A stretch of DNA of 64,000 nucleotides from a virus (lineage: Duplodnaviria > Caudoviricetes). A program made the position numbers and the translations under genes. The notes under the pieces are model-generated. The model made no database searches and was not told where the DNA came from. It saw nothing but the letters and a program-made list of their open reading frames with translations. Shown piece after piece: positions 8,588 through 17,654 of the stretch; the stretch's first letter is position 1; the number at the start of each line of letters is the position of its first letter. The stretch is taken from the IMG/VR virus record IMGVR_UViG_3300037361_000044, positions 64,001 through 128,000 of that record; one strand, written 5' to 3'.

Positions 8588-8635
8588 TTGGGTACTACTT
8601 CCTTTTGGCGGAGTGCCTAGGTAAGTAGTACCCAA
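8588..8635 (-). promoter_or_regulatory. RBS-sequestering hairpin
   Basis: Perfect 13-bp inverted repeat TTGGGTACTACTT/AAGTAGTACCCAA ending 1 nt before the S53 ATG. Confidence 0.7.
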
Positions 8636-8657
8636 ACTGCAGCTACGGTCAATCTGG

Positions 8658-9260
8658 TTACTTCAAATCATGCGCGGCTGCAAAGGCATGGTGCTCTGCC
8701 TGGTCCCATTGGTTTGTGGCATTTCCATGAATGACGTGTCCGAGCTCGTGCTCGAAGGCAGTACTTTCAAGTGGATCTGTCATCTTGTCGTAATCCACCA
8801 TGAAGCAGTGTGTGCCGCTGATTGTGAAGCCCTTGCACAACCTGCCAGCCATTGGCGACACCGTTTCGTTCAGTGTCTTGTCGAACCACACCCAGTTGAT
8901 CTCCGATTTGACTATGGCCTCTGCGTTGGGGTGGTACGGGGTCCATCCTTCGATGGTTCTCTTGATGAGGGTATCCAGCACGTAATTGTCGTGCGGAAGA
9001 AGGTAGCCACCAGGGCTAACCATGAAACCGTAACGTGGGTACCAGATGAACTGGGAAAGCCACTTCTTACGCTGCAGCGCAAAGACTAGCCAGATACCGA
9101 TGAAGCAGAGGCCAACTACAGCAGTGAGGCACAGCCCCTCTTTTGCGTGTGGGCCCTGCACGCCGGAGAAGGCTGCGTAGATGAGTAGCCCTAGCGACAC
9201 GATGCCGCCAAGACCGATGGTGAGTAGATCGACTAATCGAAACCAGCTGGGCTTCTTCAT
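8658..9260 (-). CDS. Membrane-anchored HExxH metallopeptidase-like protein
   Basis: Two N-terminal TM helices; HELGH motif. Confidence 0.7.
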   Translation of the reverse strand: MKKPSWFRLVDLLTIGLGGIVSLGLLIYAAFSGVQGPHAKEGLCLTAVVGLCFIGIWLVFALQRKKWLSQFIWYPRYGFMVSPGGYLLPHDNYVLDTLIKRTIEGWTPYHPNAEAIVKSEINWVWFDKTLNETVSPMAGRLCKGFTISGTHCFMVDYDKMTDPLESTAFEHELGHVIHGNATNQWDQAEHHAFAAAHDLK

Positions 9261-9277
9261 GATGCGAGGCTAACACT

Positions 9278-9309
9278 GGGCTAAGAAAAAGCCCACAGGC
9301 GGCCCTTTC
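9278..9309 (-). terminator. Intrinsic terminator with TAGCC tail
   Basis: Imperfect stem then TTTTTC-TTAGCCC. Confidence 0.55.
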
Positions 9310-9317
9310 CCAGCGCT

Positions 9318-9809
9318 TTAGTTGGCCTCTGCTCCTGGAGGTGCCGGCGCCGCCCCAGGCTTCGGTCCAAGAATGACGCCGAACAGGTTCTTCAGCGCGT
9401 TCTCTCGGTCTACTCGCATCTGGTCGACGTCCGCGTTCTCGTAGTGCGCCATCGCGTGGGCGACGTACATCGAGCCCTTTACGTGGGCTCCTGCAGCAAC
9501 GCGCCCAGCAAGCGTCAAGAGCATGCACAGTAAATCCTGCGCCACCATGTCCATCACGCAGTCCAACGCCTCGGTTGAGATCGGCGTACCTGCGTCCGCT
9601 TGCGCTAGGCCCACTGCCTCGCACCCATCAATGCCACTGGTCATGGCCACGCTGTAGGCGTTGGCGAGTTTCTCTTCAAAGTCATCAATGGCCGCGGCGT
9701 AGATCGCCACCAGTCGCTCAGCGATCTCGGGAGCAACGAGCTCCTTCAGCTTCTCCCTTAGTCCATCTGCGCCATTGATCTCAGACACATCCTTACTTGA
9801 CTTGCTCAT
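9318..9809 (-). CDS. Hypothetical protein
   Basis: 163 aa ORF; AGGTG RBS. Confidence 0.7.
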   Translation of the reverse strand: MSKSSKDVSEINGADGLREKLKELVAPEIAERLVAIYAAAIDDFEEKLANAYSVAMTSGIDGCEAVGLAQADAGTPISTEALDCVMDMVAQDLLCMLLTLAGRVAAGAHVKGSMYVAHAMAHYENADVDQMRVDRENALKNLFGVILGPKPGAAPAPPGAEAN

Positions 9810-9844
9810 ATCATCACCTGGTTTCTGGCCGTTTTGCTACCTAG

Positions 9845-10771
9845 TCACTTCTTCAGCTTGTTCAGACGTTCTGTTGTGTTCGTATAGTCAAGGCCTTCGA
9901 TGATGGCGATTAGCCGTTCACGGCCGTCCATAGATAGGTTGGTGGACGCCAGCACGATGTCTCGTGCCTTCTTGGCGTTTGGTATGAAGAACAGCTCAAT
10001 ACGCTTTTTCAACTTGGCGAAGGCGGTACCCATGTCCTCAGGGGTTTCAGGTAACTCGTGGTCTGTCTTCACTGCGGGTGGATCCACTGGGGTCGCTGCA
10101 GCCTTATCTGGTTCTTTGTTGTATTCCAACTCTGTTTGCTGAGGAGCACGCTTGCTTTTATCGAGCTTGTCCCATTGCAGATTTAGAGCCCATTGCACAC
10201 ACGCGTAAGCTCTATTCGTTTCGCTTGGATTGTAGCGATCCTCCGTATTACCGCAGCTACTGCGATCTGGGTTTGCGTACGGAGCGCCCCATGCGTACTT
10301 CAAGATCTCTGCGTCATCTTCGTAGATGTGCTTGGCTGCCTTGGTTCCAAGCTTTAGCTGCTGCGTCAGACGGTACTTCAAAGTTTGCTTGGACTTGTTG
10401 CCTCGGCTGCTTGTTAGCTTTCGTCCTGCAACAGCCAGCCATAGGTCATCGAAGCCGTTTCCATGCACCATGTCTTGATGCAGAAGCACAAATAGAACCA
10501 CAGCGCGTGTACGCGGTGAGCAGGCAGTAAATTCCTCTCCGCGTGTGGTGTACCCTTTTCCAAACTCGAGAATAGCTGTTTGACTACGCTCAGGTGGAAC
10601 GCACGCCCACTCAGGTATGGTCAGCTCCTTGTCTGGCTTGGCTGCTAGCCTTTCTTTGTAGCCTTCTTTTTGCTGCGCACGCGCAATGTCCTTGTCGAAC
10701 TTCACGCAGTACTCAGAACCAGATTCTACCTTAGGTTTACGGACTCGTTTGACTGTTCTTTGCTCTGGCAT
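9845..10771 (-). CDS. Hypothetical protein
   Basis: AGGAGG RBS; GGAATAAG motif upstream. Confidence 0.75.
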   Translation of the reverse strand: MPEQRTVKRVRKPKVESGSEYCVKFDKDIARAQQKEGYKERLAAKPDKELTIPEWACVPPERSQTAILEFGKGYTTRGEEFTACSPRTRAVVLFVLLHQDMVHGNGFDDLWLAVAGRKLTSSRGNKSKQTLKYRLTQQLKLGTKAAKHIYEDDAEILKYAWGAPYANPDRSSCGNTEDRYNPSETNRAYACVQWALNLQWDKLDKSKRAPQQTELEYNKEPDKAAATPVDPPAVKTDHELPETPEDMGTAFAKLKKRIELFFIPNAKKARDIVLASTNLSMDGRERLIAIIEGLDYTNTTERLNKLKK

Positions 10772-10808
10772 ATCCACCTCCTGGTGGGCTGCAATTACAA
10801 CCAAGTTG

Positions 10809-10850
10809 CTTATTCCGGCAACTTGCCACCGATTGCGGTATAAGTACAAC
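10809..10850. promoter_or_regulatory. Divergent pair of GGNATAAG motifs
   Basis: GGAATAAG (-) at 10816-10809 and GGTATAAG (+) at 10837-10844, exactly at the strand switch. Confidence 0.7.
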
Positions 10851-11156
10851 ATGCAGGTCAGGATCATCCCCTATGCTGAGCTCTTCGTCACCGTCACTAT
10901 GACCTTGGACGAGACGGTGGCCTTGAGCTCCGCATTAAGTGGGCTACTCGATGGGACCTCTACGGAGTTGAGAAAGCTGCTCGAGTACGCACTGGAACGA
11001 GCGGCCCAGATGCAAGAGAGAGGAAAGAATGCCAAAGTGGACAATACTGGACAAGCAAACAAGGGAGCACCTAGGAGAGGTGACGGCGGACATTCAGAAG
11101 GACGCGCTGAGGTACGCCCAGCAGGAGTTCGGAAACGACGGAAGTCGGTACGTTGA
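10851..11156 (+). CDS. Hypothetical protein, possibly leaderless
   Basis: ATG 6 nt after GGTATAAG. Confidence 0.55.
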   Translation: MQVRIIPYAELFVTVTMTLDETVALSSALSGLLDGTSTELRKLLEYALERAAQMQERGKNAKVDNTGQANKGAPRRGDGGHSEGRAEVRPAGVRKRRKSVR

Positions 11157-11451
11157 GGTGACGCTGCACTTGCAAGATCGGCCACCAGTGACACGTCCTC
11201 CGGGATTCACCTTGAGTCAGGAAGAGGTGGAGCTTGCGCTTCTCACCTGGGCCCGAGCCTTCAAGAATGTGCCAGAGGGGTTCAAGGTGAAAGTGGTTGT
11301 ACTGGCCAACCTCACGAAGCCAGCCATGCTGGCCCAGGTCTACGATGCCATGGAGAAGCCAGAGCCTGGGATCCACTACGATGAGGATCCGGAGGAGCCA
11401 GAGGACCAGGTGGAGGGATTTGGTCCAGGGGAGGCTCCAGAGGCAGGGTAG
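11029..11451 (+). CDS. Hypothetical protein with acidic tail
   Basis: GAGG RBS; 140 aa. Confidence 0.7.
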   Translation: MPKWTILDKQTREHLGEVTADIQKDALRYAQQEFGNDGSRYVEVTLHLQDRPPVTRPPGFTLSQEEVELALLTWARAFKNVPEGFKVKVVVLANLTKPAMLAQVYDAMEKPEPGIHYDEDPEEPEDQVEGFGPGEAPEAG

Positions 11452-11606
11452 CTACAAGAGGCATCCGAAAGGGGTGAAAAGAGGGTCACTACTGAACATG
11501 CATCACGTAGTCCAGGGAGGCGCTTTTGCGGTTTGACCCCAAAGGTGTTTTTGGAGATTTGCTATAAAACAAGCCTTCCTGGAACGCTAACTGATCATTC
11601 TCTATT

Positions 11607-11706
11607 TTCTTCTAAGGAAGAACTTTTATTTCTGAAGAGGTATACCCCCCACCCCCTCTTGGTACCCCCAGCCCACCCCCTGAAGAAATAAAAGTTCCGA
11701 GAAGAA
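11607..11706. repeat. AT-rich inverted repeat enclosing C/G tracts
   Basis: GAACTTTTATTTCT (11620-11633) and AGAAATAAAAGTTC (11684-11697). Confidence 0.8.
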
Positions 11707-11945
11707 GCACACCAGCGAAAGAGCAACCTACCAGGTGTATTTCCCTGGATTCTTTCGAAGGAGGCCGTTGTGGCCACCAAAAAGAGACGCCCTAAGCGGC
11801 TGGCAACCCCTGTGCAGCAACAGACGCCAGCCGTGTGGACTGACTGGCTTCGGGATCTCGAGGCAGAGGCCAACCAGATTCCGCAACCTGGAGAAGTACA
11901 TGCCGTACAGCAGGATCGTAGAAAGCAAAGACTTGGAGCGACAAG

Positions 11946-12350
11946 ATGACGTTCTCGATGAGCTGGGACCGGAGCGGAAAGCCCCGACTCTCAAAGCGCG
12001 CCCCCGCCGTACTGCGACGGCTGGTCGAGGAGGGGCACTTCAACCAAAAGCCGATGCCAGAGTACTCAAAGCCACGAAAGCGACCAGAGCAGTTCTTCAG
12101 GTTCAGAAAGTCAGCGGTGCCACCAGTGGGTAGCAATCCCTTCGGCGTGGCTCCTGCTGAGGAGTGGCTGGATGGGGATCGCCGGAACAACACCCAGGAT
12201 GGGGCACCTCGCTACCTCAGGGTAGTTGCCGTGGGTGATACCCACGCTGTCGTGGAGAACAAGGCTACGGGGCACAGGTCCACCGTCAAGCTCACCAACT
12301 TCTCAGGGAAGCCCAAGAAGCTATCACGTGTGGGGAAGGTACATGGCTAG
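11946..12350 (+). CDS. Hypothetical protein
   Basis: GGAG RBS; 134 aa. Confidence 0.55.
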   Translation: MTFSMSWDRSGKPRLSKRAPAVLRRLVEEGHFNQKPMPEYSKPRKRPEQFFRFRKSAVPPVGSNPFGVAPAEEWLDGDRRNNTQDGAPRYLRVVAVGDTHAVVENKATGHRSTVKLTNFSGKPKKLSRVGKVHG

Positions 12351-12489
12351 GTACCTTCTGGCATTGCTATTCACTTTCCTGCCGTTCGCGGCGGGTTACT
12401 TAGTTGGGTTCCGTAGGGGGCTCTATCGAGCCCAGAAAGGAGGAGGCGTGCAAGCTTCCTCGAGGAAGGCGTCGGATGTCCAGAGGTAG
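12343..12489 (+). CDS. Small membrane protein
   Basis: Single hydrophobic helix; GGAAGG RBS. Confidence 0.5.
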   Translation: MARYLLALLFTFLPFAAGYLVGFRRGLYRAQKGGGVQASSRKASDVQR

Positions 12490-12808
12490 GAAGCCGACGT
12501 ATCGATTGCTCATAACTGAGAAATTCAACAAGAAAAGTAAGACGTTTGCAGGAGTGGCATTTGCGGGCAACTTCAACTCCTTGAACATCTGCCTGAATCC
12601 CGGAGTCCGGCTGGATTGGCGGGACATGGACAGTGTTTGGCTCACCTTGGTACCGTACACGGGGGACTACAATGCCCCCGATGTGGACCCAGGGCCTGCC
12701 TCAGATGTTGAAGAGCCTACAAAAGTAGAGCAAGCTGAGACCAGTGCCAATGACGACAAGCCCGAAGAAGGACGACCCCCATCAAGAGACGACGACTTCC
12801 CCTTCTGA
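12476..12808 (+). CDS. Small protein with SSB-like C-terminal tail
   Basis: Beta-rich core, acidic linker, ends DDDFPF. Confidence 0.65.
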   Translation: MSRGRKPTYRLLITEKFNKKSKTFAGVAFAGNFNSLNICLNPGVRLDWRDMDSVWLTLVPYTGDYNAPDVDPGPASDVEEPTKVEQAETSANDDKPEEGRPPSRDDDFPF

Positions 12809-13394
12809 GAAGATCCGAGTCTTGTTCGATGTGGATGGCGTCATTGCTGACTACGCTCAGCTACATGTGCATGCTGTGATCGCCGCGGGGGTGCGCAACA
12901 TCCCCACGGCATGGCGTCCTAGTCAGTGGGACATCAACAAGGAGTTGAAGCTGACGAAAGAGGAAGCAGACAGGGTTCAGAAGCTCGTAGACTTTCCAGG
13001 CGCAGCCAAGTCGCTGGTCCCGTTTCCTGGGGCCGTCGAGGCGGTCAAGCGTATGGCCGAGATTGCCGACGTGTACTTTGTGACAGCCATCATGCCTGAC
13101 AGCCCCACTTGGGGGTTCGACCGCACTGAGTGGTTGAAGGAGAAGTTCGGCAATGAGCTCGGAAAGAAGTTTGTGCTCACCGATCACAAGTACCTCATAC
13201 CTGCGGCGTACTTGGTAGATGACAAGGTGGACAACTGCAAGACCTGGGAAGCATGGAACCCTGGAGGCATCGCACTACGATGGTGCGTGACCGGCATGTC
13301 CTTAGAGAAGGACCTCATCAATGTTACGGACTGGTCGACTGTTGAGAGGTTTGTGGAGATAGCAGCGCAACGCAGGGCGAACTTTCTACGTTGA
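12750..13394 (+). CDS. 5'(3')-deoxyribonucleotidase (NT5C, HAD family)
   Basis: FDVDGVIAD, VT, K and VDDKVDN motifs; start uncertain. Confidence 0.85.
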   Translation: MTTSPKKDDPHQETTTSPSEKIRVLFDVDGVIADYAQLHVHAVIAAGVRNIPTAWRPSQWDINKELKLTKEEADRVQKLVDFPGAAKSLVPFPGAVEAVKRMAEIADVYFVTAIMPDSPTWGFDRTEWLKEKFGNELGKKFVLTDHKYLIPAAYLVDDKVDNCKTWEAWNPGGIALRWCVTGMSLEKDLINVTDWSTVERFVEIAAQRRANFLR

Positions 13395-13439
13395 ACGAGG
13401 GCCGCCCGCAAGGGCGACCTTTGCTAGCTCACAGAAGGG

Positions 13440-13631
13440 ATGGGGATCATGAATTCAACATTGGCGAAGGCATGGGAAGTACTGCTGGTGATGCAGCAGT
13501 GGGCGTGGACCGGCTTGCGGTGGTTTTTGATGGTGATGGGTGCGGCGACGTTGTTGGCCCTTATTGTCGGAATTGGAGTCGGCAAGTACTTCTCGAACAA
13601 GGGCATAAGCGGAGCTGAAGGAGACAAGTAG
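13440..13631 (+). CDS. Small membrane protein
   Basis: Long hydrophobic segment. Confidence 0.55.
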   Translation: MGIMNSTLAKAWEVLLVMQQWAWTGLRWFLMVMGAATLLALIVGIGVGKYFSNKGISGAEGDK

Positions 13632-13633
13632 TT

Positions 13634-14086
13634 ATGGGCAAGCGTCCGGTTCTTTCGAACTACCCGCACCTGCACAGTATCCTGCGGAACGACCCGGTCG
13701 CGAACCAGCAGTTCAATGCCGCAATCTCTGGCCTCAGCCTACCCAACACTGGTAGCGAGGAAGCTAGGCTACAGAAGCAGCTCGATGACATGCGAAAGTC
13801 GCTCATCGCCCAAGAGACCAAGGTGAAGGAGGCCGGTAGGCTGCTTATGCGGCAGCGGGCATTCATCAAGCTCTTGGGCGAGGTCATCGAGTCGCAGACA
13901 AAGCTCGAGCCGCACACCACAGACATCGACCGTGGTAGGAGATACGACATCTCCTTCAGCCCTGACAACATTCGTGTGGCTTTGCGGTTGTACTGGGATA
14001 TTTTGTCTAAGGATATGGAGTCCTCCATCGCGCGGGTGGTGAGCATCAAAGCTGCGCAGGAAGCTCCAGAAGATGAGCTTGAATAG
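13634..14086 (+). CDS. Hypothetical coiled-coil protein
   Basis: AAGGAG RBS; GGCATAAG at 13602-13609. Confidence 0.7.
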   Translation: MGKRPVLSNYPHLHSILRNDPVANQQFNAAISGLSLPNTGSEEARLQKQLDDMRKSLIAQETKVKEAGRLLMRQRAFIKLLGEVIESQTKLEPHTTDIDRGRRYDISFSPDNIRVALRLYWDILSKDMESSIARVVSIKAAQEAPEDELE

Positions 14087-14555
14087 CGGAAAGAGTAGCG
14101 CTGCTGACCTCAGGTGGAGGCGGCAGCGCAAAGCTCTGGACAAAGCCAAGGCTGACAGGAAGGCCTATCGTCGCTACGTTGTGATCAAGACGTCAGAGGA
14201 CATGGAGGCGGAGTTCGTTCGACTCACATTTGCTAAGGAGCGGCATGTAGTCGGCGTCGACATTGGCGCCGTAGAGTCCGACCGCTCAGCGCTTGTGGCG
14301 GGTCGACAGCTTGGAAAGAACCTGTACATCGAGTTCATTCAGCACATACAGGCCGAGACTCGCTTCATGTTTAGCACTCCAGTGCAGGAGCTGAACGAGG
14401 CAGCGCTGCACGAGATAGAAAGGATCCTAGATGACTACGAAGCCTCCGTTGGGTCAGATTCAAAGGACCCCGGCACACCTAGAGTGGAGAGTATCCGCAG
14501 TGACTTGCGAAAGCTCTTCGGAGTTCGCGGCGGCGCTGCAGGAGGAGTTGAATAA
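14073..14555 (+). CDS. Hypothetical protein
   Basis: 160 aa ORF in the operon; contains a GVDIG...DRSA segment. Confidence 0.6.
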   Translation: MSLNSGKSSAADLRWRRQRKALDKAKADRKAYRRYVVIKTSEDMEAEFVRLTFAKERHVVGVDIGAVESDRSALVAGRQLGKNLYIEFIQHIQAETRFMFSTPVQELNEAALHEIERILDDYEASVGSDSKDPGTPRVESIRSDLRKLFGVRGGAAGGVE

Positions 14556-14688
14556 GAACACCGCTGAGGGCTTTTCGTTAGCCCAGATGTTCGTACGTGG
14601 ACCAAATTCGGACGCAATACTGGTTCATCAGCGGGTTACGGTACAGCCCGCGAGCGAGCCACCCAGTTCAGCAGAAGGAATGCACTAA
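14431..14688 (+). CDS. DUF4177-like small protein
   Basis: EWRV...LQEELN...EGFSL pattern. Confidence 0.5.
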   Translation: MTTKPPLGQIQRTPAHLEWRVSAVTCESSSEFAAALQEELNKNTAEGFSLAQMFVRGPNSDAILVHQRVTVQPASEPPSSAEGMH

Positions 14689-15495
14689 ATGGAAACTGAA
14701 GAAGTCGAAGGCACGATGACCTTGGAGATCGCTCAGAAGGAAGTAGTTGAGTGGGCGTTGCGAAACTTCGGGGAGCAGGGTTCCTATCGCCCGTTGATGG
14801 GCATGCTGGAGGAGCTCGGCGAGTTCTGTGAGGCAAGGGATCGGTTCGACGTAAAGAACATGCGTGACGCCATCGGCGACATCGGCATCTACATGTTGCA
14901 CTACTGTGCCATCCGCGGCTGGAGCATGTCCGAGCTCTGGGACGACAGGGTCGGCCCCACTGGCCCCACCATGTCCACGGTGAAGGCGCTGTGCCACAGC
15001 CAGCTCAAGGGCGAGCAGAACATTCGAGGTGGTGCCGCCAGGCATGACTTCCTTCTGAAGAAGGAGCTGTCCAACCTGCTGTGGCGCATGGACCAGGCAG
15101 CCATCGATGTTGGCACCGACTGCTTGGTGCTGATTTACAACATCTGGGAGAAGGTGAAGCAGCGGGACTGGCAGAAGAATCCCAACAACGCGGACAAGGT
15201 TGCTGCTGGTGCATCGCCCGAGGGTGCTGGGGGCGACTCCCCAGTGGTGCTGGAAATTCTTGCTGAAGAGGATGCCAAATTTATAGCGGACATAGATGCA
15301 GCAGTGGAGGCATCTCGCTGCGAGGACACACTACGTCCAGATGAGACGCCAGCGTTAGCCGAAACAGCGGAAGCGTTTCACGCCATGCTGGAGAGCAAGA
15401 ACCCATCTAGGTCAATGTTCAGCATGGAGCTCATTGAAGACACCCCGGAGGTCCCGGGTCCCGAGGCTCACAGGAATACGGTGTCCAATGGCTGA
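14689..15495 (+). CDS. MazG-like nucleotide pyrophosphohydrolase
   Basis: EELGE...DAIGD metal-binding motif. Confidence 0.8.
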   Translation: METEEVEGTMTLEIAQKEVVEWALRNFGEQGSYRPLMGMLEELGEFCEARDRFDVKNMRDAIGDIGIYMLHYCAIRGWSMSELWDDRVGPTGPTMSTVKALCHSQLKGEQNIRGGAARHDFLLKKELSNLLWRMDQAAIDVGTDCLVLIYNIWEKVKQRDWQKNPNNADKVAAGASPEGAGGDSPVVLEILAEEDAKFIADIDAAVEASRCEDTLRPDETPALAETAEAFHAMLESKNPSRSMFSMELIEDTPEVPGPEAHRNTVSNG

Positions 15496-16126
15496 CGGAG
15501 GAGTCCTCACCGGTCCTGAGATCGAGTACCAGTGCAAGCGGGGGAACATCGTCATCGACCCGTTCAATCAGGAGCAGGTCAACCCCGCGTCGTACGACCT
15601 GCGGTTGGGGTCTAAGGTGGCCGTCTACCGCGCGTGCGTTGTTCGGTCTCTTACGAAGATAGACCCAAACCAAGTAGCGCAGGAAGGCAACATAGTCGCA
15701 GAGACGACAGGAGAGGGGCTGTATCCTTGGAGCGACGTCATGGACTCCAAGCAGCCACAAGGGGTGCTGGAGTTCGAGATGAATCCTGACCGCGGGTGGT
15801 TGCTGAAGCCTGGCGTCGGGTATCTCATGCATACGGCTGAACGCGTGAGGACGGACAAGTATGTTCCCGTGCTGGATGGCAAGTCCTCCATTGGTAGGCT
15901 CTTCATAGCGGTGCACGTGACTGCAGGTTACGGAGACACGGGCTTCGACGGGCAGTACACTCTGGAGGTTGTGGCCACCCATCCCGTCATCGTCTACCCT
16001 GGGATGCGCTTCTGCCAGATTCGATTCCACACCGCAGTAGGGGATGTGCTCCCGTACCGCGGCAACTACACCGGGGATGCCTCCATGGGTCCTGTGCCGT
16101 CACGGGCGTACAACCAGTTCAAGTGA
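15488..16126 (+). CDS. dcd: dCTP deaminase
   Basis: NPASYDLRLG, GKSSIGRL, GDTGFDGQYTLE and PGMRFCQ motifs. Confidence 0.93.
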   Translation: MADGGVLTGPEIEYQCKRGNIVIDPFNQEQVNPASYDLRLGSKVAVYRACVVRSLTKIDPNQVAQEGNIVAETTGEGLYPWSDVMDSKQPQGVLEFEMNPDRGWLLKPGVGYLMHTAERVRTDKYVPVLDGKSSIGRLFIAVHVTAGYGDTGFDGQYTLEVVATHPVIVYPGMRFCQIRFHTAVGDVLPYRGNYTGDASMGPVPSRAYNQFK

Positions 16127-16138
16127 TAGGCTTGTGCC

Positions 16139-16489
16139 ATGCCCTCGGTAGACGCACCTTCCCAGCAGTCGAACAAGGAAGCTGGTGCCCTCGATCAGAA
16201 CGAGGAGCTTCGACGCGTCATCAACCAGTCCTTGGGCGCGGTACTGGGAAGGCAGACGACTGAGAGCTTCTTCGCCATTACCTACGAAGAGCTGGCTGAC
16301 GCGCAGATAGAGAGAATCTCAGGCAAGGGTACGGATGTTCGTCCGAACGAGCTCGAGCGGGTAGCAAAGGTGAAAAGTGACCTGCTGGGCGTGGTGGACA
16401 AGATTCGTGCCTTGCCGCCTGAGAGCTTCCTGATGAGCGATGCCACGAGGGACGTCAACACCCCCGTGGAGCCTGCCGACGAGGTATGA
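16139..16489 (+). CDS. Hypothetical protein
   Basis: 116 aa ORF. Confidence 0.65.
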   Translation: MPSVDAPSQQSNKEAGALDQNEELRRVINQSLGAVLGRQTTESFFAITYEELADAQIERISGKGTDVRPNELERVAKVKSDLLGVVDKIRALPPESFLMSDATRDVNTPVEPADEV

Positions 16490-16496
16490 TGCCTCT

Positions 16497-16550
16497 GGTA
16501 CCTGGGTCTCGGTTCTTTCCCCCTCTACGGGGCCCAGGTACCTTTCTTTT
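16497..16550 (+). terminator. Intrinsic terminator upstream of glf
   Basis: GGTACCTGGG...CCCAGGTACC stem then TTTCTTTT. Confidence 0.65.
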
Positions 16551-16559
16551 AGGTAGCCA

Positions 16560-17654
16560 ATGGCAAAGTGGATAGTCGTCGGAGCAGGTCTCACGGGCGC
16601 CACGTTGGCGGAACGCATCGCCACTGTACGCGGTGAGGAGGTCAGGGTGGTCGAGCGGAGGCCTTACGTTGGGGGCGCCGCGGCGGACTACGTGATCGAT
16701 GAGGGTTTGCTGGTTCAGCGGTGCGGTCCCCACGTTTTCCACACGGAATCCCCAAGGCTGTGGAACTACCTGGAGCCGTTTTCGGACTGGCGGCCGTTCC
16801 GGTACCAGGTGTCTGCCTACACGAACGGGAGCTTCGTGCCGCTGCCGGTCGGCTTCCGCGGGATCGACATCCTGTTCCCCGAGAAGGCGTCAGCCGTGAA
16901 GATGGCGCTCACGGACAGGTTCGAGGTTGGGCAGAAGGTCTCCATCCACAAGCTGTTGAAGGAGCCAGAGCCTCTACTGCATGAGGTTGCCTGCACCATC
17001 TACGATACGGTGTTTCGCTGGTACACGATGAAGCAGTGGGGTATTCAACCAGAGGCGCTTGACCCGTCTGTGCTGGCACGCGTGCCCATCATCATTGGTG
17101 ACCAGGACAGCTACACAGGAGACCGCATTCAAGCGGTTCCTACCAAGGGGTTCACGCACCTGGTGTCACGGATGCTGGACCATCCCAAGATCACAGTCGA
17201 CCTTCAGAGTGACTACGATCCGCAGTACCCAGCCGCTGGCTACAACGTTCTGTACAGCGGTGCCATTGATGAGTTCTTCAGGTACGAGTGCGGAAGTCTT
17301 CCGTATCGCAGTGTGTGCTTCGACCTGCAGGTACTGCAGCAGGAGCATGTGCTTCCAGTTCCCACGGTGACCTACCCGAACAGCATGCCGTACACGCGAG
17401 CTACGGATATGAAGCAGGTTACGGGGCAAGCGCATGCGCTGTCGGCAGTGGTCTATGAGTACCCGACGCCTTGTCGGAGAAACATGCCCCCTTACTACCC
17501 AGTGCCAACCACCAAGAGCCGAGAACTGTACTTGATGTACGCCAGAAGGGCGGAGACTACGGACGTGCGTTTCTGCGGGCGCCTTGGCGAGTATCGGTAC
17601 TACAACATGGACCAAGCTGTGGCTTCGGCTCTGGCCCTTTTCGAGAGGTTGTGA
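16560..17654 (+). CDS. glf: UDP-galactopyranose mutase
   Basis: GAGLTG FAD motif, GPHVFHT, YTMKQWG, LPYRS, PYYP and GRLGEYRYYNMDQ. Confidence 0.95.
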   Translation: MAKWIVVGAGLTGATLAERIATVRGEEVRVVERRPYVGGAAADYVIDEGLLVQRCGPHVFHTESPRLWNYLEPFSDWRPFRYQVSAYTNGSFVPLPVGFRGIDILFPEKASAVKMALTDRFEVGQKVSIHKLLKEPEPLLHEVACTIYDTVFRWYTMKQWGIQPEALDPSVLARVPIIIGDQDSYTGDRIQAVPTKGFTHLVSRMLDHPKITVDLQSDYDPQYPAAGYNVLYSGAIDEFFRYECGSLPYRSVCFDLQVLQQEHVLPVPTVTYPNSMPYTRATDMKQVTGQAHALSAVVYEYPTPCRRNMPPYYPVPTTKSRELYLMYARRAETTDVRFCGRLGEYRYYNMDQAVASALALFERL

